DNA of 64,000 nt from Bacteroidia bacterium. GTDB lineage: Bacteria; Bacteroidota; Bacteroidia; NS11-12g; UBA9320. Under the pieces are notes generated by a model that was not told the DNA's origin, ran no database searches, and saw only the letters and a program-made list of their open reading frames with translations. A program made the position numbers and the translations under genes. Numbering within the stretch: the stretch's first letter is position 1; each line of letters opens with the position of its first letter. This document shows, piece by piece, positions 1-8,899 of the stretch. The DNA lies in the NCBI GenBank assembly GCA_965216465.1, contig CBDCFW010000006.1, positions 608,001-672,000 on the forward strand, written 5' to 3'.

Positions 1-750
1 AATTTCATACAAACTCCAACCGAATAAACTTAATATTCCAATACTGATTGGAATATTCAAGTGTGATTTACCTGCGGCCAATGCTCGATAAGCTGAAGTA
101 AGGTAATCTTTCCCAGAATAAAGAAGAACCGGTAAACTCAAAACGATAGAAAGTCCACTAAATAAAGTAGAGAAGAACTGATCTTCGGCCACGTGCAAGC
201 CAAAGTAATGTGGCATGCTAAATAGCATAATGTTCCCAAAACAGAATCCAGCGACAGCTAGTTTTAGCAAATTAGACTTTGAGGTTTTCTTGTCGAGTTC
301 TTTTGCCTTTTGGCTGATGCTAATTTGTGGTGGATAGCCAATATCGTCAAGTAACTGAGCTACAAACGAAAGCGGCGTGCTTTTTTGCGCGGTAACTGTA
401 CATCTTCGTTGTTCAAAATTTACACGAGCTGAAAGAATACCCTCTTGAAATGAAGGAAGGTCTTCTAGAAGTTCTATACACGAAGAACAGTGAATTGCTG
501 GCAATGAGATACTGATTCTATAAACATCACTATTCTCATAATCAACAAGTTGGCTAAAATTTTCTTCAAGGTCAAACTGCTTATACTTTAGGCTTACATC
601 TGTTGTTCGATTCTGAATCTTAGCAACAACATCATCTAAGGTTGCACACCCATAGCAGCAATACACCTGATTGTTAATCTTAATCAGATCATTGTCGCAT
701 TCCGTTCCACAATAGGAGCAAGATAAATCTATGGATGCGTGGTTTGTCAA
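1..750 (-). CDS. Heavy-metal P-type ATPase, CcoI/FixI-like; N-terminal part only, runs off the window start
   Basis: Not in the ORF track. Manual translation from TTG at 750 gives CSYCGTEC...YCCYGC, an HMA motif LPAIHCSSCIELLEDL and a TM segment LAVAGFCFGNIMLFSMPHYFG, as in cbb3-assembly ATPases. Confidence 0.85.
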   Translation of the reverse strand, partial: MTNHASIDLSCSYCGTECDNDLIKINNQVYCCYGCATLDDVVAKIQNRTTDVSLKYKQFDLEENFSQLVDYENSDVYRISISLPAIHCSSCIELLEDLPSFQEGILSARVNFEQRRCTVTAQKSTPLSFVAQLLDDIGYPPQISISQKAKELDKKTSKSNLLKLAVAGFCFGNIMLFSMPHYFGLHVAEDQFFSTLFSGLSIVLSLPVLLYSGKDYLTSAYRALAAGKSHLNIPISIGILSLFGWSLYEI

Positions 751-798
751 AAGTTTAAATTAAAGTTCAAATTTCTTGGTGTTTGGGGCTATTCATTT

Positions 799-832
799 TG
801 AGCAATATCAGGACTACCTATGATATTTAACC
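799..832. promoter_or_regulatory. Pair of putative FNR/CRP-type boxes upstream of the ccoI-like gene
   Basis: TGAGCAATATCA (799-810, TGA-N6-TCA) and a degenerate TGATATTTAACC 22 bp later (821-832). Confidence 0.45.
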
Positions 833-1621
833 TTTTGCAGGAATCACCAGTAAAGGTTGCTTGCATTTACCACAAATTGTGCGGGTTATGCTTCGATTAA
901 ACAGATAATCGAGACGCGAATTATGTGAGTGGTATAAACCGAGAATATCGATCTCATTTTCATTTAAAAAATCGTTAATTCCATCAACTACTGAATCATT
1001 TTCTCGCAGCTCAACACCAAATTGATATCCCTTCAATGGAATGCTTTTCGGAAAGCCTCCTTCATGATTTTTTCGGATAATCGTCAAAACATCAATATGT
1101 GGATTAGACAATTTTAGGCTGTCGATAAACTGCTCTACAAAGTCTTGATTTTCAAGCACTTTTTTGTCAGTAGCTAGCACAAATCGATGAATGGGTCGGT
1201 CAACTTTGAGTTCAGGAATTGCCAAAATTGGAACCTTTGAAGTTCGAATAAGCGATTCGGTTACTGAGCCCATAATCTTTGACGAGACGTTGGTTGCTCC
1301 TTTCGTTCCCATAACAATAAGATCTATATCCATGCTTTCTGCATAGTTCTCGACCCAATTTTTGAGATGACCATATTTCAGTAAGTAATCCAACCGATTT
1401 CCATAAACTTCTTCAATCTTGTCGACCAATTGGAGCATCTCCTTTTGGGCGTCTTTCATCATTAATTGATCAAGACGAATGAGCACACCTGAAGTACTAT
1501 GTGGCTCTTTTATGGTGTGTATTAACTTGATATTCAACTTGCTTACATCAAAATGCTTGTGCACATAATTGATAGCATGTTTAGAATATTCAGAAAAATC
1601 GGTTGGAATTAATATGTTCAT
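827..1621 (-). CDS. Universal stress protein (tandem USP domains)
   Basis: NILIPTDFSEYS and DLIVMGTKGA...MGSVT motifs, plus a second degenerate USP domain. Confidence 0.9.
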   Translation of the reverse strand: MNILIPTDFSEYSKHAINYVHKHFDVSKLNIKLIHTIKEPHSTSGVLIRLDQLMMKDAQKEMLQLVDKIEEVYGNRLDYLLKYGHLKNWVENYAESMDIDLIVMGTKGATNVSSKIMGSVTESLIRTSKVPILAIPELKVDRPIHRFVLATDKKVLENQDFVEQFIDSLKLSNPHIDVLTIIRKNHEGGFPKSIPLKGYQFGVELRENDSVVDGINDFLNENEIDILGLYHSHNSRLDYLFNRSITRTICGKCKQPLLVIPAKG

Positions 1622-1624
1622 ATA

Positions 1625-1993
1625 CTAGTGTCTTTTCAGGCTCTCCTCAGACATTTTCATTTGTTCTTTTAACGAATAGTGATCTGTTCGGGTTGTCTCT
1701 ATCCAGATATGACCCATTTTTCGAAACACCTGAACATGCAAGCCCAGTTGATCTTCAAATGCAGATTCCAATTCTGAAACTTTCATGCCCGGAGTTATAT
1801 GAAGTTCGTCGTTATGAATATCGGGATTTAACTTGGATAAAACAATTTCATCCATTACCATATCCTTTTTGGGAGACCCTTCGTTCTCTTCATGAGCTTT
1901 ATAAAAAAACTCAAGTTTGAGTCCTTTGTATTTGGTCGCAAATGCGGCCTTTACATCCGTTGTTGTATTCTCTTTTAATACTTTTAAGTCCAT
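1625..1993 (-). CDS. Hypothetical protein in the USP operon
   Basis: 122-aa ORF with gaps of 3 and 11 nt to its co-oriented neighbours. Confidence 0.75.
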   Translation of the reverse strand: MDLKVLKENTTTDVKAAFATKYKGLKLEFFYKAHEENEGSPKKDMVMDEIVLSKLNPDIHNDELHITPGMKVSELESAFEDQLGLHVQVFRKMGHIWIETTRTDHYSLKEQMKMSEESLKRH

Positions 1994-2004
1994 GATTATT
2001 GGGT

Positions 2005-2385
2005 TTATAATACTTCACTGAGGTAGGTAGTAAACTCCTGCTTCAGCTCCGCATAAATTTTATCAAACATTTTCATTCTATCAACTAAGGCTGGATTCTC
2101 ATCTGCCTTACGATGGTCTGTTGCCACATTATTTTCTTTGGCATTCACAACAATTTTATGCTCCTCAGCATTCACATCGTGGCGAAGTTCATCGATTACT
2201 TCATTGTGCCGGATAAACTGATTTTGGAAGTGCTCAGCCATGGCTAGAACTTCTGTTTTAGAATTTTTAGATACTACTTCTGCTAGTCTATTCTTAAATG
2301 TCTTAATCTCGTCTTTTACAAAGTCTAGATCTTTTAACCACTCTAAATGCTCTTGGTGTAACTCGCTTAAATACTTCTTTTCCAT
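2005..2385 (-). CDS. Hypothetical helical protein, His/Glu-rich
   Basis: 126 aa with LHQEHLEW, EHFQNQF and DHR motifs; operonic spacing. Confidence 0.75.
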   Translation of the reverse strand: MEKKYLSELHQEHLEWLKDLDFVKDEIKTFKNRLAEVVSKNSKTEVLAMAEHFQNQFIRHNEVIDELRHDVNAEEHKIVVNAKENNVATDHRKADENPALVDRMKMFDKIYAELKQEFTTYLSEVL

Positions 2386-2406
2386 GATTATTTTTCTTTT
2401 AGTTTT

Positions 2407-3204
2407 TTAATTAAATATTAATACCGGTATTGCTGATTTATTCAATACCTCTTTTGTCGTACTGTGGTGGAATAGATTTTCAAAGAAGGTTCTGTGATGT
2501 CTCTTTACAGCCAAAACTTCAATTTGATGCCGTTTAACATACTCTTCAATTCCATTTTCTACTTCGTCTGACCATACGCATACCTCTTTCACTCCTCCTT
2601 CATCACACACGCATTCTTCTTCATACTGGTTGTGTTCTCTGCCGGCTTCAACTGATATAATGTCAATTTTTGTTGAACCTTGTTCAGTGATATTGTATAT
2701 GAAATCTAGTTGGGTAGAAATATTCTCTTGATGATCATTTGCAAAGGCAATATGGTTGAGTCCTTTAAACTCACTTCCATTTGGCACTACTAAAACAGGC
2801 ACCGCACTTCGTTTCACAACTCCGTAGCTTACCGTACCTAATAATTCATCAATCATATTAGAAGCACCATTGGTTCCCATAATAATCATGTTTGCACCTA
2901 ATTTTTCGGCGGTGTTGCCAATTACATCAACGGCCAACCCGAAATCAGAATCAAATGTTGCTTCTAGTCCTGTGGTTTCTAGAATTGTTTCACACGCAGC
3001 TTCGAGCTTGTTTCGTGACGCTATGCGTTGTGTTTCCATCAAGGTGTCTAGCACATTTGCTGCACTGTTCACATCAATCGCAGGAACATGCATCACATGA
3101 AGTAACATGAGCTTTGCATCAATCTCTTTTGCGATACGAGCTGCATAGATATTTGCATTTAGAGCTGTTTCAGAAAAATCGGTTGGGCTAATTATTAAAC
3201 TCAT
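2407..3204 (-). CDS. Universal stress protein (tandem USP domains)
   Basis: IISPTDFSETA, IIMGTNGA...LLGTVS and AVPVLVVP motifs. Confidence 0.9.
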   Translation of the reverse strand: MSLIISPTDFSETALNANIYAARIAKEIDAKLMLLHVMHVPAIDVNSAANVLDTLMETQRIASRNKLEAACETILETTGLEATFDSDFGLAVDVIGNTAEKLGANMIIMGTNGASNMIDELLGTVSYGVVKRSAVPVLVVPNGSEFKGLNHIAFANDHQENISTQLDFIYNITEQGSTKIDIISVEAGREHNQYEEECVCDEGGVKEVCVWSDEVENGIEEYVKRHQIEVLAVKRHHRTFFENLFHHSTTKEVLNKSAIPVLIFN

Positions 3205-3255
3205 GACTGATCTATTTTATACTCCAAAGATGAAAGAAGAACACGCTCTGATTGC

Positions 3256-3311
3256 TGCCGAATCTCATTGCCCAGTATGATTTGTAGCAGACGAAGAACT
3301 GATATAGATTT
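3256..3311. promoter_or_regulatory. Three degenerate FNR/CRP-type boxes at 22-bp spacing upstream of the USP operon
   Basis: TGCCGAATCTCA (3256), TGATTTGTAGCA (3278), TGATATAGATTT (3300). Confidence 0.4.
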
Positions 3312-3320
3312 TAGGATGCC

Positions 3321-3626
3321 CTAAAGGGTTTGTTTGAAGAGGTAGTAATTTTCTTCAAAGAATTTTTTACAATCCTCACACTCAAGTTTTTTGTAGTAGT
3401 CCCACAAAGAAATTTTGTTCAACCGTTCATTGCAATGGCCACAATTTGTTGCGTGCGTACACCATTCAAAGAAATGTGCGTCACAGGTATAAATGCTATC
3501 CTGAACAAGTGATAAAGAGTCAAAAGAGCTGGGATTAACCTGTGCACTTACTTCTTGGCTTAAAACTAAAGTCAAGCAAACTGTAATCGATTTAATCAAT
3601 GTCTTTAGTAAACTACCGAATCCCAT
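3321..3626 (-). CDS. Small exported Cys-rich hypothetical protein
   Basis: Signal-like N-terminus; mature-region Cys residues include CGHC and CEDC; overlaps the rhodanese stop. Confidence 0.55.
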   Translation of the reverse strand: MGFGSLLKTLIKSITVCLTLVLSQEVSAQVNPSSFDSLSLVQDSIYTCDAHFFEWCTHATNCGHCNERLNKISLWDYYKKLECEDCKKFFEENYYLFKQTL

Positions 3627-3937
3627 GTTGCAATTCCTCTGTCGATCATGAAAAGATTGTTAAATTCCAATTCCTTGAGCAATCGAACAGCAATTTTGCT
3701 TCGTGTTCCATCCTCGCAGTAAATTAGAATGGGAATGTTCTTATTCAGTTCAGAGAAGTATTCAATGAAATTATCTGCCATAAGGTCTAGTTGAATAGCC
3801 TTTGGCAAACTTCCATTCGACCGAGAGGTTTGATTTCGAATATCGATAATTAAGCCAGTTTCATGATCGAAACTGTTCAATAATTCTTCCTCATTATGAA
3901 TAATTACAAAACTTTCCACACCAATGTATAGGTGCAA
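3605..3937 (-). CDS. Rhodanese-like domain protein
   Basis: IIDIR...GSLPKAI...ILIYCEDGTRS...GIATW; start codon uncertain. Confidence 0.8.
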   Translation of the reverse strand: MHLYIGVESFVIIHNEEELLNSFDHETGLIIDIRNQTSRSNGSLPKAIQLDLMADNFIEYFSELNKNIPILIYCEDGTRSKIAVRLLKELEFNNLFMIDRGIATWDSVVY

Positions 3938-3965
3938 GTTTCAGGCTTAATTCACTCAACACGGG

Positions 3966-3999
3966 TGATTTAAATTATGTTCAAATATGATTTTGTTCA
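3966..3999. promoter_or_regulatory. Pair of putative FNR/CRP-type boxes upstream of the rhodanese gene
   Basis: TGATTTAAATTA (3966) and TGATTTTGTTCA (3988), 22 bp apart. Confidence 0.45.
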
Positions 4000-5007
4000 G
4001 AAAGGAGAGTTTTTCAACTTTTCGTAGTCTAGAATGACAATTTCACTCGAATTGATGGAAATTAATTTGTCGTTTTTAAACTCCGATAACATACGTATGG
4101 CCGTTTCTACGGAAGTTCCGGCCATTGAGGCAATTAGCTCTCTGGGAATCTTCATTTTCAGCTGATTCTCTTTGCCATAGGTATTGCACATTTCAATGAG
4201 TGCATTTGCAATTCGCTTGCGAACAGATTCGTAGGCCATTTCCAAGATTTTATGCTCTTTAATAAGCAAGTTTTTCGAGAGGAGTTTTAGAAACGTTGTC
4301 GCAACCTCAGAATTATCTTCTACTTGCTTCCTGAAATCGTCGATTGGTATTAGCCACATTTCAGTATCTTCAATGGTTTCGGCTGTGTCACTTTGGTTTC
4401 CAGTTTCGAGCACACTCCAATAACCGAAGAAATCACCGGTATTGCATAGTTCAAAAATGACTTCTTTGCCATCACGGTTCATTTTCTGAATTTTCACCTT
4501 ACCAGAATGGATATAATATACATAAGAAGGTGTATCTCCTTCGCGATACACAATACTCTTTGCTCCATAATTTCGAACGAGTTTGTTCTCAAACATTGAA
4601 TTGAAATCTCCTTTTTTGATGGCAGGCACCATCTGGTTCTGCGATTTCTTAAGGCGATTCTCAATAGCCGTTAGCAAGTCTGACTCGTCGTACGGTTTTG
4701 TGATATAGTCATCCGCCCCGAGTGTCATTCCCTTTCTTACATCCAGCTTATCCGTTTTAGCAGTGAGGTAAATAAATGGAATGCGCAACGTCTCATCATG
4801 GCGACTCAGAATATGAAGAACGCCATAACCATCCAGCTTAGGCATCATAATATCACAAAGAATTAAGTCGGGCAAATGTTCTAACGCCAGTTTAACTCCT
4901 TCGTTTCCATCCTCTGCTTCGATGGTCTCATAGCCAGAGAGATTTAGCAGTTCTGCTATATTCTCGCGGATGTCTTGGTTGTCTTCAATTACTAGTATTG
5001 TGCTCAC
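3997..5007 (-). CDS. Response regulator receiver fused to a Crp/Fnr cNMP-binding and HTH domain
   Basis: ILVIED...LILCDIMMP...GADDYITKP receiver; YREGDTP...SGKVKI...GDFFG cNMP fold; IASMAGTSVETAIRML HTH. Confidence 0.9.
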   Translation of the reverse strand: MSTILVIEDNQDIRENIAELLNLSGYETIEAEDGNEGVKLALEHLPDLILCDIMMPKLDGYGVLHILSRHDETLRIPFIYLTAKTDKLDVRKGMTLGADDYITKPYDESDLLTAIENRLKKSQNQMVPAIKKGDFNSMFENKLVRNYGAKSIVYREGDTPSYVYYIHSGKVKIQKMNRDGKEVIFELCNTGDFFGYWSVLETGNQSDTAETIEDTEMWLIPIDDFRKQVEDNSEVATTFLKLLSKNLLIKEHKILEMAYESVRKRIANALIEMCNTYGKENQLKMKIPRELIASMAGTSVETAIRMLSEFKNDKLISINSSEIVILDYEKLKNSPF

Positions 5008-6542
5008 GGTAAATTAAATTTTATTGAAAAGCTACTTCCTTCACCTAATTGGCTGTCAAAAATAACCTCTGCATTCATTATTTTGGCATATCGCCTTACT
5101 ATATTCAGGCCTAGACCTGTTCCTGGAATATTCCCTGCATTCGAAGCCCTAAAAAATCGATTAAATAAATTGGCTTGATCTTCTTCAGATATTCCTATTC
5201 CGCTGTCTTTCACAGTGATAAGCAGCGAATTGTTCTCTTCCTTGGTAAGCACCTCTACATCTTTTTTGCTGTATTTTGTTGCATTCGACAACAAGTTGTT
5301 CAGCGTGTTTCTGAGCAAAAATGGGTCAAGCAAGTAGGATTCTTTACGGTGTAAGTAAGTGCTCACTATTTTTTGGTTCTCCTTTAGTAGTGCAGAAGAT
5401 TCCTCGTTCAACTCGTCTAAGAATTGGCTTAGCTTTACTTCTTCTGGATTGTTTTTGATTAAACCTACTTCCATCTTTTCTAACGAGAGAAAATCGTTTA
5501 GAATCATGTTTAAGTTCTGTACATTCTTCTTAATTTTTTGAACGTGCTTTAGCCTATTTGTCTGTTGCTCTTCTTTTGTATACTTTTCAATCAATCCAGC
5601 TGAACTGAGAATTCCACTTAATGGAGTTCTAAATTCATGCGAAGCCATTGAAACAAATCGCGTCTTTAGCTCATTGAGGTGTTTTTCCTTTTGCAAGGCA
5701 TTGTAGATTTCATCTTCAGCTTGCTTCTCTTTGGTGATATTGGTCTCAACGAGCAACACTTGATCTATCTCCCCGTTGTGGTTGTACAAGGGAACACATC
5801 GAGCGCCGTACTTTCTGTTTTCTTGAGTAAAATCAAATGTTTGATCTACTCCGTTGAACACCTCTTCTACCTTCTCCTTAACCAAGTCTTGCACATCATT
5901 AGGAAGAATAGAAATGTAGTTTTCACCCAACAACTGGTCTGTACCATAACCTAACTTCTTCAGCTCACTACCTTCAATAAATACAATGTTAAGATTTCGG
6001 TCTAATACACTGATAGTTCCATTTGGGAAGTTGATTGCTATTGCTTCATAAAGCTTTTGACTTTCAATTAAGGCACTTTGCGCATTCTCCTTTAACTCGA
6101 TTTCCTGCTCAAGCAATTTTGTACGTTCGGCAACAGTCTGTTCGAGTTTCTCGGAATACTCTTTCACATACCGTTCGTGCTCCTTTTGTTTGGTTAAGTC
6201 GTGAACAATTCCGGTATAAAACCGATTTCCATTAAGCTCATACTGACTCACAGCCAGTCTAAAAGGGAACATTTCACCGTCCTTACGCTTTCCTTCGACC
6301 TCTCTTCCGATTCCGATAATCTTTGCCTTCTTGGTTTCTTCGTATCTTTTGATATAACCGTCGTGATTAGTACGATCTGGTTCTTTCATCAGCACACTCA
6401 CATTCTGCCCGACTAGTTCTTCTTTCTGATATCCAAATAACTTCAGTGCTGATGTATTAATTTCTTCAATTATCCCCCTTGATGAGATTACAATAATTCC
6501 ATCGATAGTGGTCTCAAAAACAGATTGGTAACGAGTAAGCAA
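5004..6542 (-). CDS. FixL-like heme-PAS/PAS sensor histidine kinase
   Basis: First PAS LMKEPDRTNHDGYIKRY...IIGIGR...GKRKDG resembles the FixL heme-PAS; H-box ASHEFRTPL; N, G1, F and G2 boxes present. Confidence 0.88.
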   Translation of the reverse strand: MLTRYQSVFETTIDGIIVISSRGIIEEINTSALKLFGYQKEELVGQNVSVLMKEPDRTNHDGYIKRYEETKKAKIIGIGREVEGKRKDGEMFPFRLAVSQYELNGNRFYTGIVHDLTKQKEHERYVKEYSEKLEQTVAERTKLLEQEIELKENAQSALIESQKLYEAIAINFPNGTISVLDRNLNIVFIEGSELKKLGYGTDQLLGENYISILPNDVQDLVKEKVEEVFNGVDQTFDFTQENRKYGARCVPLYNHNGEIDQVLLVETNITKEKQAEDEIYNALQKEKHLNELKTRFVSMASHEFRTPLSGILSSAGLIEKYTKEEQQTNRLKHVQKIKKNVQNLNMILNDFLSLEKMEVGLIKNNPEEVKLSQFLDELNEESSALLKENQKIVSTYLHRKESYLLDPFLLRNTLNNLLSNATKYSKKDVEVLTKEENNSLLITVKDSGIGISEEDQANLFNRFFRASNAGNIPGTGLGLNIVRRYAKIMNAEVIFDSQLGEGSSFSIKFNLP

Positions 6543-6679
6543 CGTTCTTTAATTAGGTTGGTTCGAATATAATTGGTTGCTAACGATATGACTTAAAATT
6601 TGAGAATTTTGTTCAGTCAATTTTTCTTGTCGAGAGATTTATTAGACCATTTCAATGAAGCTTACGTTATTTGTAGGGT

Positions 6680-8092
6680 ATGATGAAAAAAACGATTTGG
6701 AGCCTTAGTATTCTTCTATTTATTGGAGCCTGTCAACTATCTCAAAAATCTACAAAATCAAAAGAAGTGGTAAGTTATAATGGCAACATTGAGCCACTTG
6801 TAACGTCGTATTGCACAACTTGTCACTCAGGCGATGCTCCTGCAGGCAAAATCGATTTAACCACTTATAAGTCTGTACGAAAGCAGGTAGAAGATGGCAA
6901 GCTACTTCATCGGATAAACAACAGTTTAGACCCTATGCCTCCACAAGGTATTTTGTCCAAAGAACAACGACAACTCTTCGATCAATGGGTAGAACAAGAC
7001 TATGTTATGGGATATGCTCCGTCGCCATATGATTCTATTTCATATCGATTTACTCCACCAAACATCGAACCTGTGCTTGTCACAAACGGAGGAATGAAAT
7101 TGCTAGAACTGATTGAAGGACACTGGATAGGAAAGATGAATATTATGGGTGAGAAATACCCTTGGTTCGCGTTCGATTATCGAGCAATCTCAGCCTCGCA
7201 TGTCCATGGAATTTTTGAAGGCGGGACCATGGGCAATCTTTTTACTTCATTTTTCATTGCTGATTTTAAAGGCGAACGCACCATAATGGCTCGAAATGGC
7301 GGCTTACTCAATGGAATTTACAGAACAAGCTATTTTATTCTCGACAAAGTTGAACTGTCTTCAACACGAAGCTATTTCAGATTGGTCGATGCCTATGGAG
7401 GAAAAGATATTATGTGGATGGAGTTAGAATTTAGTGGTGAACGTTTGAAATTTAACTCCTACACCAGTCGATTTGGTTTGGAGGGTAAGCCCAAAATTCA
7501 CATGCAATTTGATGCAAAAAGACATGGTATTGTTGGACCTGTAGATGCTTCATCCAAGCTCGGTTATCCATCAAATATTGCCTTCCATACTTTCTCTGAA
7601 GGCATGCCTAAGCCTGAATGGAGAACGAAGTACACAACCATTACATCTGCCAGTTATATTGCTCAAGATTCAAATTTAAGCTTGCATCAACTGGGTCTAA
7701 AAGCTCAGGACCCAATCACCATAAAAGACATACCGCATCTTAGCAAACTCACCGTAAATATGAAACTGCCTGAAAAGGTGAGAGACCATAAAGTCATGTT
7801 GTATTTATCAACTCAACCCCTTGTCTCCAATCAAGGAATGATTAAAAAGTACGATCATGTAGATGCAGAGCGATTCAATAGCATATGCTCTTTCCCTGAG
7901 CTCGTTCCAGGACAATCTTCTTTCACGTTCACTTACCTCCACCCAGGAAAATATTATGTTACGGCAGCTGCAGATCTCAATAACGATGGATTTCTTACTG
8001 AAGGCGATCTGGCCTTCCCGAGCAAGTTGATTACAGTTAATCCCGAATCGCAGCTCACTATTTCTTTGCAAAAAGACTTTATAGAATATTGA
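6680..8092 (+). CDS. Lipoprotein with an N-terminal c-type cytochrome domain
   Basis: Lipobox-like FIGAC; CTTCH heme motif followed by MPP (possible Met ligand); DLNNDG loop near the C-terminus. Confidence 0.75.
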   Translation: MMKKTIWSLSILLFIGACQLSQKSTKSKEVVSYNGNIEPLVTSYCTTCHSGDAPAGKIDLTTYKSVRKQVEDGKLLHRINNSLDPMPPQGILSKEQRQLFDQWVEQDYVMGYAPSPYDSISYRFTPPNIEPVLVTNGGMKLLELIEGHWIGKMNIMGEKYPWFAFDYRAISASHVHGIFEGGTMGNLFTSFFIADFKGERTIMARNGGLLNGIYRTSYFILDKVELSSTRSYFRLVDAYGGKDIMWMELEFSGERLKFNSYTSRFGLEGKPKIHMQFDAKRHGIVGPVDASSKLGYPSNIAFHTFSEGMPKPEWRTKYTTITSASYIAQDSNLSLHQLGLKAQDPITIKDIPHLSKLTVNMKLPEKVRDHKVMLYLSTQPLVSNQGMIKKYDHVDAERFNSICSFPELVPGQSSFTFTYLHPGKYYVTAAADLNNDGFLTEGDLAFPSKLITVNPESQLTISLQKDFIEY

Positions 8093-8147
8093 AAGCCTCC
8101 TATCGTTCGAACTGATTTCAAATTGTCTCAAATGCTACTTTCGGAAG

Positions 8148-8858
8148 ATGAAACGGGCAATTATAGTTGGAGCAAGTTCAGGAATTGGAAAAGTGTTAGC
8201 CGAACATTTGGTTAAGGAAGGATATCAAGTCGGAATTACCGGAAGGCGTCAAGAAAAACTGCTTGAGCTTAAGACCTTATACCCCGACCAGATTGAAGTT
8301 TCTGCATTTGATTGCACCTCTGGCGATAATAGGTCAAAACTTCAAGCTTTGCTAGACCAACTTGGCGGTCTAGATTTGTTTATAGTCTCTTCAGGTACTG
8401 GAGATCTCAACCCTGAGCTGACCTATTCCGTTGAACACAATACCAACCTACTTAATGTGAACGCTTTTACTGAACTGGTTACTTGGGCTTTCCGCTTTTT
8501 TGAAGTACAGGGCCATGGACATTTGGTTGGAATCACTTCAGTTGGAGGATTGCGCGGTAACAAGATTGCTCCAGCATACAACGCATCTAAATCGTTCCAA
8601 ATCAACTATTTAGAAGGACTACGCCAAAAGGCAAATGAATATAAAAACATTCATGTGCTTGATTTTCGGCCGGGTTTTGTTGATACCGCAATGGCAAAGG
8701 GAGATGGAATTTTTTGGGTTGATAAAAAAGATGATGTTGCCAAGAAAATCTATCGCTCAATTCAAACCAAGAAAGGCGTTGGCTTTGGTAGTTTACGCTG
8801 GCGTGTATTGAGCAATGTGCTCAAAATCATTCCAAGAGGAATTTACCAACGGATGTAA
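8148..8858 (+). CDS. SDR family oxidoreductase
   Basis: GASSGIG, YNASK and PGFVDT motifs. Confidence 0.92.
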   Translation: MKRAIIVGASSGIGKVLAEHLVKEGYQVGITGRRQEKLLELKTLYPDQIEVSAFDCTSGDNRSKLQALLDQLGGLDLFIVSSGTGDLNPELTYSVEHNTNLLNVNAFTELVTWAFRFFEVQGHGHLVGITSVGGLRGNKIAPAYNASKSFQINYLEGLRQKANEYKNIHVLDFRPGFVDTAMAKGDGIFWVDKKDDVAKKIYRSIQTKKGVGFGSLRWRVLSNVLKIIPRGIYQRM

Positions 8859-8899
8859 AATTTATTTGAACTTTGCTTAACTAAAATTGTATTTAATCT

